IMG/VR virus record: IMGVR_UViG_3300011226_000001
Location: 32,001 to 96,000 of that record
Source of the DNA: a virus
Taxonomy: Duplodnaviria > Caudoviricetes
Reading direction: 5' to 3' (one strand)
DNA length: 64,000 nucleotides
Positions 8,286 through 18,665 of this stretch are shown here, piece by piece (the first letter of the stretch is position 1; each line of letters begins with the position of its first letter). Under the pieces are notes generated by a model. It ran no database searches and was not told the origin of the DNA. It worked only from the letters and a program-made list of their open reading frames with translations. The position numbers and the translations under genes are program-made.

Positions 8286-9314
8286 CTAGACGTGTAATAG
8301 TTGAGGCAGAGCCAGGCGCTTCTTAGTAGCTTTCAGCGCTTTTATATCAGGTCTGCTCGGTGCAAACGCTTCGATGTTACGTGGTAACGACGGAACGTTG
8401 CGGTCGATAGTTACAAGCTCCATTTGCAATTCAATATCCATAGCTGGTACTTGCATGGTCAGTGCTTTAGCCCAGCCGGCATTCGATTTGAGTTTACCAC
8501 TCAGCAGAGCGTCACGAATACCAAGTGCGCCTCCCCACTTATTGATAAGCTCAATCGAAGTCTTCTCGCCGAGTCCAGGAATACCAGGCACGTTATCAAC
8601 ACCGTCACCACACAAGGCAAGCATGTCGATAACACGGTCGGCAGGAACACCGAAGAAGCCTTTTGCTGTTTTGTAATCGAAGCGGCGTTCAGCAGCATTC
8701 GACTGCGCTTGCATGATAAGCTCAACGTTCTTGTGGTCAACAAGTTGCACGTAGTCTTTATCACGCGAATACAGCTTGATCAGGTAGTCGTGCTTGAATC
8801 GATCACACAACGTACCAACAAGGTCATCGCACTCGTAAGGCTTTTTAATGCCCACGTAGTAGCCTGCCATTTGCAGAATCTCTCTGGCGAGTGTCATCTG
8901 CGGACCAAGCTCTACGGTCTGAGTACGGTCACGGTTGCCTTTGTAGTCGCTGGACTTCTTGAACACCTGACGAATGTATTTCTTCTTGTGTTCAGCGGCC
9001 CATTGTTGAATCGCTCGATAGCGCCACGTATCGCTCGAACTTGGGTCGAAGCAGAACGCGAGATACGCACCGTTTGGATCTTTCGAGGCAATATCAATCA
9101 GGTCCTTGACCATATACATGAACTGACGCAGACCATAAGTCGGCGTACCGTCTTTTGCATACGTAGGACTTTTCTGCGTGGCGAAGTAAGCACGACACAT
9201 CCAGTTCGACGCATCAACAACGTGAAGCATCGGCTTCTTACCATACTTGATCTTCATCTTTGGCACAGAGCCAGGCGTCGGTGTTTTACCGATACTGGCA
9301 AACGATCTACTCAT
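8286..9314 (-). CDS. 5'-3' exonuclease / flap endonuclease (PolI N-terminal, T5 D15-like)
   Basis: VVDASN, YKGNR, YECDDLVGT, SRDKDYVQL, LCGDGVDNVPGIPGLGEKT (H3TH). Confidence 0.92.
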   Translation of the reverse strand: MSRSFASIGKTPTPGSVPKMKIKYGKKPMLHVVDASNWMCRAYFATQKSPTYAKDGTPTYGLRQFMYMVKDLIDIASKDPNGAYLAFCFDPSSSDTWRYRAIQQWAAEHKKKYIRQVFKKSSDYKGNRDRTQTVELGPQMTLAREILQMAGYYVGIKKPYECDDLVGTLCDRFKHDYLIKLYSRDKDYVQLVDHKNVELIMQAQSNAAERRFDYKTAKGFFGVPADRVIDMLALCGDGVDNVPGIPGLGEKTSIELINKWGGALGIRDALLSGKLKSNAGWAKALTMQVPAMDIELQMELVTIDRNVPSLPRNIEAFAPSRPDIKALKATKKRLALPQLLHV

Positions 9315-9811
9315 TGTTCCTCCGCGAATACGAGAGAACGACCTCGACCTCGCTCACGTAACGCTTTATGAAACCCTAAGCCGCAACAGAACATATCAAT
9401 CGTGTCTGTTTCGACCTGTGCAATCTTCGTCGTCTGAGCAAGCTCATGCAGATAGCTTTCGCCAGCACAGAAGTAGCGAGCCAGTGGGTCAACGACTGCG
9501 CCACCACGAACGAACTGAAAAACGACCTGACCCGTGAACGTGATTGTCCTGAGGTCAAGTTGCGGAGCTTGTGAATAGAGTTTGAAGTTGCGCTTAAAGA
9601 GGCGTTTCAGGGCGTAAGCAGCGCCGAGACCGTCCGTAAACAAAATGATTTGGCAATGTTCAGGAGCAGCCGATAGGAGAACTTTCAGACCTTCTTTGTT
9701 TGAAGAACGAACGAAAGCTGTATCGAAGGGAGGGACTCGTTTCGGCTGCTTGAAGAATATGCGATGCCTTGCGTTATTAGGACTTTCGTCCACTGAATTT
9801 GTTTCCATCAC
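9311..9811 (-). CDS. hypothetical protein
   Basis: ORF with overlapping start/stop coupling. Confidence 0.7.
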   Translation of the reverse strand: MMETNSVDESPNNARHRIFFKQPKRVPPFDTAFVRSSNKEGLKVLLSAAPEHCQIILFTDGLGAAYALKRLFKRNFKLYSQAPQLDLRTITFTGQVVFQFVRGGAVVDPLARYFCAGESYLHELAQTTKIAQVETDTIDMFCCGLGFHKALRERGRGRSLVFAEEQ

Positions 9812-10008
9812 GCCACCAAGAAGTTATAGAGTGATTCTACTTCCTCGTTCTTGAGAGCAGCAAGCAGAGCGCGGGCTTCGTCATCTGTCTTGTTCGTAAG
9901 GAACTTTGCTGCATACGCTGGGTTTACGTCAGTCAAATTCATGAGGACCCGAAGGTCCTCACGACAGACGTTAATCGAAGTCTTCTTCGTCGGCTTCAAC
10001 GGAATCAT
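9808..10008 (-). CDS. hypothetical protein
   Basis: 66-aa ORF coupled to the next gene. Confidence 0.55.
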   Translation of the reverse strand: MIPLKPTKKTSINVCREDLRVLMNLTDVNPAYAAKFLTNKTDDEARALLAALKNEEVESLYNFLVA

Positions 10009-10357
10009 CGTCTTCGTCTTCTTCCTCGTCTTCGAGGTCTTCGCCGGTAAGCATACAGTTAACGATTACCAGACGACCTGCGACAACTACGCTGGTGATT
10101 ACGATCTGATTTGCTTCTTCGCGCTCTGCTTCTTCCAGCAGTTGCGCAACGTCAGCGTAGATCAGTTCGGCTTCTTCCGGGTCTGTCACGTCATCGACGG
10201 TCAGTTCAGAAGGTGCAGTAGGCCACGCTTCTGCGAGGACCTCTTCGACTTCTTTCGCAGCTTCTACCGAGGCAGGATCGTTATCGTCAGCGGGTTGCAC
10301 GATAAAGACGAAACCTTCTTTCTGATCAATAACGCGATGCGGGAATAATACGCTCAC
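9971..10357 (-). CDS. acidic hypothetical protein
   Basis: GTG start with AGGAG RBS; D/E-rich C-terminus. Confidence 0.7.
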   Translation of the reverse strand: MSVLFPHRVIDQKEGFVFIVQPADDNDPASVEAAKEVEEVLAEAWPTAPSELTVDDVTDPEEAELIYADVAQLLEEAEREEANQIVITSVVVAGRLVIVNCMLTGEDLEDEEEDEDDDSVEADEEDFD

Positions 10358-10689
10358 GATGTACTCTCCTGATTTTGATTGTAATAAACGATGCCCCCGT
10401 TATTCGGGAATGAAGCATCTAATGATAGGCTCTCTCTATTTACAGATTCTCGCAGAGTCGCCATGCACGTAAAACACCACAATTGAACATCTAGTGGGGC
10501 GCTGTGATCTGTGATTGTCTCTAACTTAGACTGACCGTCAATTACGCCCGTGACTATGTTGCATTCCACAATAGTCATTTCGCCGCTGCGATCAATCTTT
10601 AAGCCTAACCCGTAATCGGTAAAGATAGGGTGGCGATACACAACCACCTTCTCAGTACCGTCAATTGGACACGTTGACACGTTGTACAT
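10354..10689 (-). CDS. hypothetical protein
   Basis: 111-aa ORF, TAATG coupling to the portal gene. Confidence 0.7.
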   Translation of the reverse strand: MYNVSTCPIDGTEKVVVYRHPIFTDYGLGLKIDRSGEMTIVECNIVTGVIDGQSKLETITDHSAPLDVQLWCFTCMATLRESVNRESLSLDASFPNNGGIVYYNQNQESTS

Positions 10690-12629
10690 TAACGGAGTCT
10701 CGACATTGCACGAAGCTCCTGAGGTGTCGGCTGGAATGATACCTTGCCGTTATCAAGAGGCATCGTTTTGTTTGCTTCGTAGTTCTTCGCCGCTTTCCAG
10801 ATTGCATCGTTCGCTTTGTTGTTAGCGACAGACTGACGGATAACGTGCTTCTTCTTACCGGTCTTACCGATTTCGAAGATTTCAGAACGCTCACCAAAGT
10901 CGCGGTTCAACAGCTTGCGTTGCTCCCCGCCCAGAACAGCAGACGACAGGCCGATACCAGCGATGTGACGACGACGGCGCTTCAAGTCAGCAGACATGCT
11001 ACTAACAGAACTAAAGCTGTCACCATCACCACCACCAGCACCCGGTTCAGGCGGAGCGAACTCGGCGTCGATTTCAGACTGACGTTTGCGATACGCCATC
11101 AGCTTACGACGCATTGCAAGGTCTTCATCCTGATCCATAAGAATCTGGTCGAAGTTGTACCCGCCAGCCGCAGCGATAGCACGTAACGGAACCGGAACAC
11201 CCAGCTCAGTCATCGCACGTAAGTTTTCCATCATCGCTTGGTCAACATCAGGACGCAGTTGCTTAGACCAATGCACGTTCGGAATAAACAGTTTGCTACC
11301 GTCATTCAGTTTGTACATTACTTCGGTCAGACCGCCTTCCATGAGATTGTTCTTCTTGATGATCTTACCGTTACGTTGAACAGCAAGGCCGTTCATCATA
11401 CTGATAAGAGGGAAGACTTTCTCGTAGTAGACTTTGCGCGTCAGATGATCACGGAACGCTCGCATTGCTTCGACGAAAATCGTCAGGCCAGCAGCACCTG
11501 AGTCATAGTTCGCTTCACCGCTGAGGAACGCTTCACTGATACCCATAGCTCGCATTTTGAATTGAGCAGTCTGGTCCCAGATATCCGTAATCTTCCAGAA
11601 GTCACCGCCTTGACGGAACTCACTGATGTTCACGCCCAGACGAGTTGTGATGATAGATCCAATCGGGTCACTATCCGCAGACAGAAGAAGGTCGGTCATA
11701 AAGTCCATTTCTTCTTGCGACGGTTCCCACTGATCACCATCACCCAGCTGGGCATGTAAGATACCGCGTTGACGACGCCCAGACTCAATCAGCGTACCAC
11801 GATACAGGTTCTTTTCGATCAACCAGATTGGTAGCACACGGCGTAACACCGAGATACCTTCACCAAAGCTGAATGTCTTACGTGGAATGTAGATTGTGCC
11901 GATAGGGTCGAGTTCCATCGTCACGTCGTTCATCAACTTATCAACGAAACCAGAACCGAGTTCTTTTTTCAGCGCGTCAATACGTTTACCTTCTTTAGCG
12001 AAAGCAGACTTCACGTACTGAGGAATGCGCAGCTCGAACATCGGGTCTTGACTGATAAACGGCAGTGGCGTTACGTCGATATTGTCGTAACGGTGCGTCA
12101 TCAGGTCGATGAACTTCTTACGGTCTTTGTTGTAGATCATACTGCCGACGAACGCGCCAGTAACCTGAATATCGGTAGTGATGTTCGGCATACTGGTCGT
12201 CAGTGACAGACGTTCGTTCACTTCGTAATACGGCTCAAGCACACTGTCCTTAGCGCCACTGAAACTCACATCTGAGAAGGGCAGCGTTGAGAACAAGTCC
12301 ACGTATGAACCGCAGATTGGGTCGAAGTGATACATATCGCGGTAGACGTTGAATAGCTGTCGGTCGTCAGCATCATAGTCCATACCTTCCATCATCGGCT
12401 CTAAGTCGATATCAAGAGGGACAGTACCAATTTGCATATTACCGGCAGACATTCCTGCGCCACCCGCAGATTGAGATACGAAGTCACTGTGACGACGTGA
12501 ACTCTCACTGCGGATTGCTTTGCCTATCTCGCGTGGTAAAGAGGCTGCTCCGAGAGAACTTTGTTTTTTCTTCTTCGCAGGCTCTTGGGGTTCGGCGCCC
12601 AATTGACGACGACCTACCTGAATACCCAT
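10689..12629 (-). CDS. probable portal protein
   Basis: 646 aa, two genes downstream of terL; RQRGILHAQLGD and MGISEAFL segments recall T4 gp20-like portals; call is largely positional. Confidence 0.6.
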   Translation of the reverse strand: MGIQVGRRQLGAEPQEPAKKKKQSSLGAASLPREIGKAIRSESSRRHSDFVSQSAGGAGMSAGNMQIGTVPLDIDLEPMMEGMDYDADDRQLFNVYRDMYHFDPICGSYVDLFSTLPFSDVSFSGAKDSVLEPYYEVNERLSLTTSMPNITTDIQVTGAFVGSMIYNKDRKKFIDLMTHRYDNIDVTPLPFISQDPMFELRIPQYVKSAFAKEGKRIDALKKELGSGFVDKLMNDVTMELDPIGTIYIPRKTFSFGEGISVLRRVLPIWLIEKNLYRGTLIESGRRQRGILHAQLGDGDQWEPSQEEMDFMTDLLLSADSDPIGSIITTRLGVNISEFRQGGDFWKITDIWDQTAQFKMRAMGISEAFLSGEANYDSGAAGLTIFVEAMRAFRDHLTRKVYYEKVFPLISMMNGLAVQRNGKIIKKNNLMEGGLTEVMYKLNDGSKLFIPNVHWSKQLRPDVDQAMMENLRAMTELGVPVPLRAIAAAGGYNFDQILMDQDEDLAMRRKLMAYRKRQSEIDAEFAPPEPGAGGGDGDSFSSVSSMSADLKRRRRHIAGIGLSSAVLGGEQRKLLNRDFGERSEIFEIGKTGKKKHVIRQSVANNKANDAIWKAAKNYEANKTMPLDNGKVSFQPTPQELRAMSRLR

Positions 12630-12636
12630 CTTTACC

Positions 12637-12852
12637 TCACTTCAAAGGGATTGCGAGACTCACACGGCAGCCAGTGCAGAACATAACACCCTCACCTGAG
12701 AGCAATTGTGTCGGCACTGTAGACGAACCACACTTCGGACACACGTTAGCGCTTTCGACGACGAACGCACCGCTCGTGCTTTCCATTTGTGTGGTCTTCG
12801 ACTCTGACTTTACAGAGTTGTTGTTCAGCAACGGGTTGTAGTGCTTACTCAT
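12637..12852 (-). CDS. small zinc-ribbon protein
   Basis: CPKC...CTGC. Confidence 0.7.
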   Translation of the reverse strand: MSKHYNPLLNNNSVKSESKTTQMESTSGAFVVESANVCPKCGSSTVPTQLLSGEGVMFCTGCRVSLAIPLK

Positions 12853-12896
12853 GATCTTATTCCCTTGTAATAACTAGACTCGTCTAAATTAGCTTT

Positions 12897-15725
12897 TTAT
12901 TTCCGGCCAATCATTCGAGTACGAGCACTACCAAGAACACGACCACTAGGCAGAGCAACGCGCGAGCTACTAGCAGTGCCTGAGTTGAGTCGATGCGCTA
13001 CGCGACCCAAGCGATTCGGGTCACGGTTGATTGATACTTCTGGTGCTTTCGTCAGATACTCGTCGTACTCGCCACACTCGAAGCCATACACCATGAGTGC
13101 CATTGCTCGCCACAGGTCATCGGTTGCCCCTGTGTTCTTGATTACGCTGCGGCCTGTATCTTGCACAGTCTGCAATTGCATGATCAAGTGCTCTGTTGGT
13201 TTGTTCTCGAAGCACTGAGGATATTCGTCACCGTCGTATTTCAACGTGTCAGCAATCTTGTCAGCGTGAGTCATTCGCGGTAGACTAATGCGTGACGGCG
13301 TTGATTCGAACATCGTCTTAACTGTCCACATGTCCTGATACTTCAAGCTGTACTGGTCGGACTCCTCGATGGAATCCACTTTCAGTTTCGCATCCTGCAA
13401 CAACTTGAGTGACTGCCACTGGTCAGCAAGCATTACGCGAACGTTACGCGCTTTGCACAGCGGAATAAGCAGTTCATCAAATATCAAGGTGTAGTTCAGA
13501 GGGATGCCTGGCTTCGGTACGATCTCAACAAGACAATCGACACTGATAATCCCTGCATCGTCGCGTGAGCCTGTAACGAGTGCGAAGCTGTTGTTCGAGA
13601 AGCCTGCGTCAATTGCAAGTATCGACGCTTTGGTTGTCGTTGCCGCTTTGACGAGACTGCCATAGCGCTGGCGTTCACCGTCTTTGTGTCGAATGATGTG
13701 ATGGGCATATGTACACATCGAACGACCTTTCTCACGTATTGCATCCTGAATGAAGGTTGGTTGCGTGATGAATGGGTTAGCAGACAACGGTGCTTCTGCT
13801 CCGTAATCTCGGGCTGCACCTACCGGGTCACGACGAAACGCTTCTACAAGGAACTCAGAGGTACGCGGCATTGTCGGGTTCATCTTCCACGTAGGAGCAT
13901 GAATACCGAGCAGCTTCTCAGAGCCTACTGACATACGAAGCAATTCGTTAATCTTATCACGGGCGTGAACCGGACTACTGATGTTACAGAAATATCCCGT
14001 GAATGCTTCATCATAACCGGATTCGACTTGCCGCATCTCGGCAGAACGAACAGTTGCGAGTGAACGGTCAAGTGCACCGTAGACTGCACCAGCACTGACT
14101 TTGATCTTCTTGGATTGGGCGTCGTTGTCGAAATACGCCACTTCGTCGATTACCGCCAGTACGCGGGTTCGACCACGAAGAATACGACCATCAGGTCCGG
14201 CAGGGTAGATAACGAAGTTCCTGTGTCCGTACAGTACGAACGTGTCACGAATCTTCATCACTTCGATGCCGTAACGGCGCTCGTGTTTGCGAATCAAATC
14301 GTGATAGGCTTGGAACCACGGACTACCCATGATGTAGTTGAAGTACGGAGTCCACAATGTATCAGACGCTTGCTTCTGGGTAAGCGCAACGAACGTACCG
14401 TGCAATACGGTTGTGCTGTCGATGCCCAAGATACCAGTAGGCGACTGCGACATAAGCAGTCTGTGCGTCAGATAGGTAGAGATCATCGCTACTACAACTG
14501 ACTTACCGCTGTTGTGATGCAGAATGCCTGACGCAACGAATTGAGGCAGACCTTCCATCTGCAAGTCATACGTGACCTGCGGAGTACCGTCATCAACGGA
14601 CATTACTTCGATGTGAATCGAACGACACTGAGGCTGCTCAGTCAAGTCATAGACTAAGCTCCACATGCGCGTACCGTGAACGATTTGCGGCAAGTGTCCT
14701 GCGTTGATCAGAATCGACCACACCATTTGAAGTGCGTCAACATCATCGGTAACGTACTGCATCTTTTCGCCCAGAGGCACACTGCGTTCAGCGATATAAC
14801 GCAGCGCTTCTTCACGCGTAGACAGACCAGCATCATAGATACTTACAGGACGCTGTATCTTGCCCCATGAGTTCGTACCGAGTTTGACTTCGATACGCTC
14901 ACCGCCGCGCAGCTTCGACACTTTCTTAAAGCCTTGCTCAGTACGCACAGGGTGCTCATGAGTTGCTTCAATCCACATACCGTTTGCGAGCGTGACGACT
15001 TTGGTAGGCGCTACGTCTGACACATAGACTTGACTGACGTTCTTGATCTCACGGCCGTTGTGCGCGTTGAAGTTACGCTGCGGCTTGTGGAACCCAGGCA
15101 CATCATGACCAATCATCATGTGACCGATAGGCATAACACCACGAGAGGTCAGCACAGGAGTTGAGGCAATCACACAACGCTGTCCGGCGTTCACCGCCAG
15201 TTCGTTGTAGAAGTTCATCTCTTTCTTGCGAATCATCTCAGAACGACGAGAGCCGCAATGGGGGCACACACCATTGTGAAGCAGGTGTAAATGTGTCTCT
15301 ATTGCGGCTGTCGTTTCTTGAGGCTCGTGGTTTTCAGTGTACATCCATTGCAAGTTTGGTGAGCACTTAACGCAGATCTCACCAAACAAGCGCAGACCAA
15401 TCATGGCCTGTTCGAGATAAGGGTCGGCTTTTAAGAAGTCAGGACTCGTACACCACTCAAGGAAATTCTTGGCGCGTGGCATCGCACTATCATCAAACTT
15501 CAAATCGCGTGGCACAAGTGTGCGCTGCTCTAAAGCCCCTTCAACGAGATCGACAATGTTGACCTCGCCCTTTTCGAGAAAGTTAATCCCACTCGAACTA
15601 TTATCCGACAAGAAATCCATATCGGATGAGGCATCCGCCTGAACGTCATCACCAAGTAGTGCATCGAATGCAGCTATTCGCTTAGGACGTATCGTGAATG
15701 CTGGGCCCTTTTTAGGCTTGGCCAT
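12897..15725 (-). CDS. terL: terminase large subunit with intein
   Basis: Walker A AGQR|SGKS split by the intein; LRGRT; Walker B VIDE; ISSP; nuclease motifs AIDAG, DQWQS, TDDLWRA. Confidence 0.9.
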   Translation of the reverse strand: MAKPKKGPAFTIRPKRIAAFDALLGDDVQADASSDMDFLSDNSSSGINFLEKGEVNIVDLVEGALEQRTLVPRDLKFDDSAMPRAKNFLEWCTSPDFLKADPYLEQAMIGLRLFGEICVKCSPNLQWMYTENHEPQETTAAIETHLHLLHNGVCPHCGSRRSEMIRKKEMNFYNELAVNAGQRCVIASTPVLTSRGVMPIGHMMIGHDVPGFHKPQRNFNAHNGREIKNVSQVYVSDVAPTKVVTLANGMWIEATHEHPVRTEQGFKKVSKLRGGERIEVKLGTNSWGKIQRPVSIYDAGLSTREEALRYIAERSVPLGEKMQYVTDDVDALQMVWSILINAGHLPQIVHGTRMWSLVYDLTEQPQCRSIHIEVMSVDDGTPQVTYDLQMEGLPQFVASGILHHNSGKSVVVAMISTYLTHRLLMSQSPTGILGIDSTTVLHGTFVALTQKQASDTLWTPYFNYIMGSPWFQAYHDLIRKHERRYGIEVMKIRDTFVLYGHRNFVIYPAGPDGRILRGRTRVLAVIDEVAYFDNDAQSKKIKVSAGAVYGALDRSLATVRSAEMRQVESGYDEAFTGYFCNISSPVHARDKINELLRMSVGSEKLLGIHAPTWKMNPTMPRTSEFLVEAFRRDPVGAARDYGAEAPLSANPFITQPTFIQDAIREKGRSMCTYAHHIIRHKDGERQRYGSLVKAATTTKASILAIDAGFSNNSFALVTGSRDDAGIISVDCLVEIVPKPGIPLNYTLIFDELLIPLCKARNVRVMLADQWQSLKLLQDAKLKVDSIEESDQYSLKYQDMWTVKTMFESTPSRISLPRMTHADKIADTLKYDGDEYPQCFENKPTEHLIMQLQTVQDTGRSVIKNTGATDDLWRAMALMVYGFECGEYDEYLTKAPEVSINRDPNRLGRVAHRLNSGTASSSRVALPSGRVLGSARTRMIGRK
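14511..15176 (-). mobile_element. cis-splicing intein (222 aa) in the terminase Walker A motif
   Basis: Begins CVIASTPV; block B ATHEHP; block F TYDLQM; ends HHN followed by Ser. Confidence 0.92.
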
Positions 15726-16512
15726 TCTCGTTCTGCTTCTTCCTGTATTCAGTAAACCCGCGCGTTGTTCCTATACCTGTACCTTTAGCAACCAGCTCGT
15801 CGTTACCGTGCATCAAGCGTCGAATCTGGGCACGTAATGAATTGTTCCCTAGCTTCGCTTTGTGCTCTGCTCGCACGTCATCGAACGATTTGATTAACCA
15901 GTCTTTCAGGACGTCTGCACGTACTGATTCAGGTACTGACTGTGACTTCGAAAGCATAACGCCGATGATGTTCGCAAGCCCTACGCGCTCTATATAAGGC
16001 ACAAGCTCACTATCAATCTCTAAGTCTGTTTTGAGACAGTCTTTCGAGATCGCTTCTACTTCACCGGCTGCGATATCAAACCCAAGTATTGGGCTAAACA
16101 CCTGATGCAGCAGATAGTCACGGAATGTTTGCGCGTGTTCGTCAACACTGTCCAGCGTACCGTCAATTACTTCGGCGCTGACTGTGAAGACGTTCTCTGG
16201 ACCAACGTGGTCTTTGTTTTTACGGGAACGGACTTCATTGAGTCGAGGCTTGATAAGAAGTCGGGACTCAGTTTTTGAGATCGCTGCGGCTTCTTCGTCG
16301 AGGTCGAGAGTGTCGTCATCGTGTTCCTCTACAGGTATACTGTGGATTGCATGAATGTCATTCACCATACGCACACGCATAGTGGTGTTTGGCATCTTAT
16401 CAAGTTCCCACGCTTCTACTCGGCGCACCTGCCCATGCTTAACAGGGTACGTCCAGCGAGGAACCATGTGATCAGACTCAACAAGTCCGTATGGGCCTTC
16501 GAACTTAGCCAC
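15712..16512 (-). CDS. hypothetical protein (terminase small subunit candidate by position only)
   Basis: Directly upstream of and overlapping terL. Confidence 0.6.
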   Translation of the reverse strand: MAKFEGPYGLVESDHMVPRWTYPVKHGQVRRVEAWELDKMPNTTMRVRMVNDIHAIHSIPVEEHDDDTLDLDEEAAAISKTESRLLIKPRLNEVRSRKNKDHVGPENVFTVSAEVIDGTLDSVDEHAQTFRDYLLHQVFSPILGFDIAAGEVEAISKDCLKTDLEIDSELVPYIERVGLANIIGVMLSKSQSVPESVRADVLKDWLIKSFDDVRAEHKAKLGNNSLRAQIRRLMHGNDELVAKGTGIGTTRGFTEYRKKQNENGQA

Positions 16513-16747
16513 GGTTGAATACGTACTTATCGGCGTGATCGTCGAACGTCATCTGCACTGCGTAATGAGTAACGTCGCTCATATCAGTACGATTCGGTTC
16601 ACCGGGATTCTGACAGTGGAACCCATTATAGTTCGGGTACATGCCAGAGAGTTCAGCACCCTCCTTGGTGCGAATGTGATAGACATAATCCTTGTCTATG
16701 TTGTTGCGGGCTTCGTCATCAAAGACGAGCCAGTCGATATTGTCCAT
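16505..16747 (-). CDS. hypothetical protein
   Basis: 80-aa ORF with AGGAG RBS. Confidence 0.7.
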   Translation of the reverse strand: MDNIDWLVFDDEARNNIDKDYVYHIRTKEGAELSGMYPNYNGFHCQNPGEPNRTDMSDVTHYAVQMTFDDHADKYVFNRG

Positions 16748-16755
16748 GAAGACTC

Positions 16756-18264
16756 CTAAGCTACGTCATACGATTTACGCTTCTTCTTTTTCTTCGGCAA
16801 ATCGTCATCGTCGTCATCATCGCTATCGTTACCTGAATTGAGGAACGCAGCAGCACCACGACGAGACTTCTTAATCTCAATCTTATCCTTCTTCTTGAAA
16901 TTACCTTTTCCGAATTTCTTCTTGGACGCTCCGCCGCCTTCCATATCATCAGCAGAGATTGCTTTCGACTTCGGAACTTCTGTGCCCTCTTCTGCATCTT
17001 CAACACGCATTTTCTCAAACACGTCTTTCAGAGGCATTTCGAACAGTTCACCATCACGCGCTTTCATTACCTGAACAGGAATGATTTTACCTTCACGCAC
17101 TTCTGGGTCAGAGTAGTTCCATGCCCACACAACGTCGGCGTGCTCACGCATACCTCCAGAGTAACGAATACGTCCAGACTGATCATCAAGCTGACACAGG
17201 ATAACAACAAGCTGACCTGTTGCGGACGCGTGTACTTTCGCTTTACGAACAACGGTAGACAGTTCTCGCCACTGGTTGTCGTTGTCGATACCTTCAAGCA
17301 GACCAACGTAGTCAATGAACGTTACGTGTACGCCATATGGAATCGACATATACAGAACGTCATCAATCGACATGCCCCGCTCAGGTGAAGTGAACGAGTT
17401 ACGTCCCTTCGACTTGCTCATGAGCTTGTCATACTTCTTCGCGGCTTTCAGCAGTTCTTTCTGCTCACGCTGCGAGAGTTTACCCTGCTTGATCTTCCAG
17501 AAGTCGATGCCACTGATCATGGACAGCATACGCTTCATTTCCTGCTCGGCGGTCATTTCGAGAGTGACCTTGAGACAGTGAATGCCATTGATCTTTGCCA
17601 TACGGTCTGCGATGTTCATTGACAACACAGACTTACCGCCGGACGTTGAACCAGCTAACAACACTACACCAGTCGTCGGCCAACCGCCGTTCTTCTTGTC
17701 GTAGCTTGTGAAACCGGTCTTGTACATCACTTCTTTCGGGTTAGTGATTACCTGCTTCGCTAACTTGGTCGCGTTCGACTTCTTGCCACCAAACGTCCAG
17801 ACTTTCTCTGTCGTTCGTGTGCCACGCTGCGCTTGCCCGAGCTTATCTGCCAGCTCTTGCATATACGTCTGCTCGTCGAACTCTTCCGGGTCAGCCTCAC
17901 CGAAGTCTTTGGCAATCATCTTACCCAGGTTCATGATATCACGACGCTGGCGATACTTTTCCAGACTGTCGTAAATCTTATCAAACCCTTTCATGGTCTT
18001 CGCTGGCATTTCCTCTGCTTCACGCAGACTGTCCCTGAACTCCTCGCTCAGGTTAGGATCTTCCAGCAAGTCATCCCATTCAATTATTTCGCTTTTGACT
18101 TCCACCAGCTTAGTTATGCGGCGGAATGCCTTGCGAGTGACTTCCGAACTAAAGTGAGAAACGCCAAGACGGCCCATCATGGCCGTCCTGTATGCTTCCT
18201 TAATCTTTGGGTTCGTGACAGTTCGAATGGCCCTAACTTCAAGGCCAAGCGAAAACATTTCCAT
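16756..18264 (-). CDS. dnaB: DnaB-like replicative helicase
   Basis: LAGSTSGGKS, TLEMTAEQ, FIDYVGLL, LCQL, REHAD, KARDG. Confidence 0.92.
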   Translation of the reverse strand: MEMFSLGLEVRAIRTVTNPKIKEAYRTAMMGRLGVSHFSSEVTRKAFRRITKLVEVKSEIIEWDDLLEDPNLSEEFRDSLREAEEMPAKTMKGFDKIYDSLEKYRQRRDIMNLGKMIAKDFGEADPEEFDEQTYMQELADKLGQAQRGTRTTEKVWTFGGKKSNATKLAKQVITNPKEVMYKTGFTSYDKKNGGWPTTGVVLLAGSTSGGKSVLSMNIADRMAKINGIHCLKVTLEMTAEQEMKRMLSMISGIDFWKIKQGKLSQREQKELLKAAKKYDKLMSKSKGRNSFTSPERGMSIDDVLYMSIPYGVHVTFIDYVGLLEGIDNDNQWRELSTVVRKAKVHASATGQLVVILCQLDDQSGRIRYSGGMREHADVVWAWNYSDPEVREGKIIPVQVMKARDGELFEMPLKDVFEKMRVEDAEEGTEVPKSKAISADDMEGGGASKKKFGKGNFKKKDKIEIKKSRRGAAAFLNSGNDSDDDDDDDLPKKKKKRKSYDVA

Positions 18265-18272
18265 TTACGCCC

Positions 18273-18665
18273 CTACTGCAACAAGCGGGTGATATGAGGT
18301 CGAGTCGATTCTACTTCTGCGATCCAATTATCCATCGCTTCGTTTGAATTAACGCGACATACGCGATTTGCTTTCAAGTCTGCACGAGGCACGAACACAG
18401 AGAGCGAGTTGAATGCTGCCGGTGCTTTGAGCGCACTGATAGCAGACTTCACATCTTCTTTGTTCAGTCCATACTTCTGGCTCAGTTCAAACACCAGACG
18501 ATTAACTTGCATCATGCCATTACGATTTACAGTCTTATACACGAGATACAACACGGTACGCTTATAGTCCTCGTCCAGCTGAGGGCGAGTGAACAGGGCG
18601 AGAGCACAACGCTCTACGTCAGTGTTAATGATTGCAGCTTGCATAACTATATGGTGACCTCTCAT
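18273..18665 (-). CDS. hypothetical protein
   Basis: 130-aa ORF, ATGA overlap. Confidence 0.65.
   Translation of the reverse strand: MRGHHIVMQAAIINTDVERCALALFTRPQLDEDYKRTVLYLVYKTVNRNGMMQVNRLVFELSQKYGLNKEDVKSAISALKAPAAFNSLSVFVPRADLKANRVCRVNSNEAMDNWIAEVESTRPHITRLLQ

Noticed and set aside
8424-9371. 315-aa plus-strand ORF opposite the exonuclease, and similar shadows elsewhere
   Set aside because: Fully overlaps a well-supported minus-strand gene and has no recognisable motif.
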